Positions 62,443 through 64,000 of a stretch of 64,000 nucleotides of DNA are shown here, piece after piece. The notes beneath the pieces are model-generated. The model was not told where the DNA came from and made no database searches. It worked only from the letters and a program-made list of their open reading frames with translations. Origin of the DNA: Octopus sinensis (taxonomy: Eukaryota); contig NC_042998.1 in assembly GCF_006345805.1 (NCBI RefSeq), forward strand, positions 154,256,001 through 154,320,000, given 5' to 3'. A program made the position numbers and the translations under genes. How positions within the stretch are numbered: position 1 is the stretch's first letter; each line of letters starts with the position of its first letter.

Positions 62443-63498
62443 ATCATCATCATCGGTTAGCGTCCGCTTTCCATGCTAGCATGGGTCGGACGGTTCAACA
62501 GGGGTCTGGGAAGCCAGAAGGCTGCACCAGGCCCAGTCTGATCTGGCAATGTTTCAATGGCTGGATGCCCTTCCTAACGCCAACCACTCCATGAGTGTAG
62601 TGGGTGCTTTTTACGTGCCACCGGCACGGGGGCCAGGCGAGATGGCAACGGCCATGAACGGATGGTGCTTTTTACGTGCCACCAGCACGAAGCCAGTATG
62701 GGCGGCGCTGGCAATGGCCATGTTCGGATGGTTCTCTTACGTGCCACCGGCACTGGTACAACAGTTGCAATTTCCATTGATGTTGATCGATTTTGTTTCT
62801 GACTTGCCTCAACAGGTCTTCACGAGTAGAGGTTTGTGTCCCCAGATGGAAAGGTACGCATAAGTGGACTGGCACATCCTGGGTTATGGTCTCACTTGTC
62901 CTGCAGGGTCTTCTCACGCACAGTACACTTCCAAAGGTCTCGGTCTCTAGTCATGTCCTCAGTGAGACCTAAAGTTCGAAGGTCGTGCTTCACCACCTCG
63001 TCCCAGGTTTTCCTGGGTCTGCCTCTTCCACAGGATCCCTTAACCACTAGGGTATGGCACATTTTCACACATCTATCTTCATTCATTCTTGCCACATGAC
63101 CATACCAGCGCAAATGTCTTTCTTGCACACCACAACTGATGCTTCTTAGGTCCAGCTTTTCTCTCAAGGTACTTACACTCTGTCAAGTATGAACACTGAC
63201 ATTACACATCCATCGGAGCATACTGGCTTCATTTCTTGCAAGCTTATGCATATCCCAGTGAAACATGGGCCGTGACTTATGGACCCGGTAGAAGGCGGGC
63301 GCATGGCCGCCGCTATCGGCCGTTGCATGCACCGGCCGCAGTACACACGCGTCATACAGTCTGCCTTTTACTCTGAGCGAGAGGCCTTTTGACACACGCG
63401 TCATACAGTCTGCCTTTTACTCTGAGCGAGAGGCCTTTTGACACCAGCAGAAGTAAGAGGTCTCTGAACTTTGCCCAAGCTGTTCTTACTCTAGCAGT

Positions 63499-63501
<3 letters not shown>
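62443..63501 (-). mobile_element. 5'-truncated, rearranged RTE LINE
   Basis: [13 protein letters not shown]...REKTLQDK*, 3' UTR, (ATG)n tail; internal inversion, filler and 49-bp duplication; TA runs on both sides. Confidence 0.9.
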
Positions 63502-63560
<59 letters not shown>

Positions 63561-63597
63561 TATAAGAATATATATATATATATACACACATATAAGA

Positions 63598-63644
<47 letters not shown>

Positions 63645-63741
63645 CATATATAAGAATATAGAAGGATATATATATATATAAGAATATACATATATATATA
63701 TAAAAATATATACATATATATAAAAATATATACATATATAA

Positions 63742-63776
<35 letters not shown>

Positions 63777-63820
63777 CACACACACACATAAACACACACA
63801 CACATACATATATATATATA
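63502..63820. repeat. Compound (TA)n/(CA)n microsatellite
   Basis: Direct reading. Confidence 0.95.
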
Positions 63821-63821
63821 T

Positions 63822-64000
63822 CTGCCCACCGGATGCCCCAAATCACACAGGCATGTTTGAAGACTGCCTAACAAAAATAGAAGAAGTTCTCACCAACCTG
63901 GAACAACACAACAGTGTATTCTTCATGGAAGACTTTAACTTCCCCAATGTGGAATGGCCTGGGGGGGCAGATGCTCCAAGGGATGACACACCATCAGCAG
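63822..64000 (+). mobile_element. CR1-type LINE endonuclease fragment (runs off window)
   Basis: PPDAP......FEDCL.KIEEVL.......VFFMEDFNFPNVEW (GDFNxP.v.W motif). Confidence 0.7.

Overview
AT-rich, repeat-dense eukaryotic (metazoan) genomic DNA. The SINE/LINE repertoire (tRNA-derived CORE-type SINEs, Meta-domain SINEs, RTE LINEs with (ATG)n tails, Penelope-like elements) points to an octopus or other cephalopod; this is inference from recalled repeat families. One real host gene is visible: CRYL1 (lambda-crystallin homolog / L-gulonate 3-dehydrogenase) on the minus strand, with five coding exons between 24.7 and 46.5 kb, all with GT-AG splice sites and compatible phases. Its first coding exon was not found. 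Nearly everything else is decayed or nested mobile DNA: many copies of an RTE LINE that has a PHD-type finger inside ORF2 and a hairpin-repeat 3' UTR, BovB-like RTEs, CR1-type LINEs, a HERO-type relic, Naiad-type Penelope elements with degenerate hammerhead-ribozyme motifs, a Gypsy pol fragment, a solo LTR, mariner/Tigger/piggyBac-type relics, non-autonomous Helitrons (one carrying a captured ORF), SINEs and microsatellites. The most unusual signals are the 13-unit alternating hairpin array at 57.7-58.5 kb, the PHD finger inside the RT ORF, the hammerhead relics, and a CpG-rich candidate promoter with an orphan micro-exon downstream of CRYL1. All calls come from manual reading; no database searches were run.
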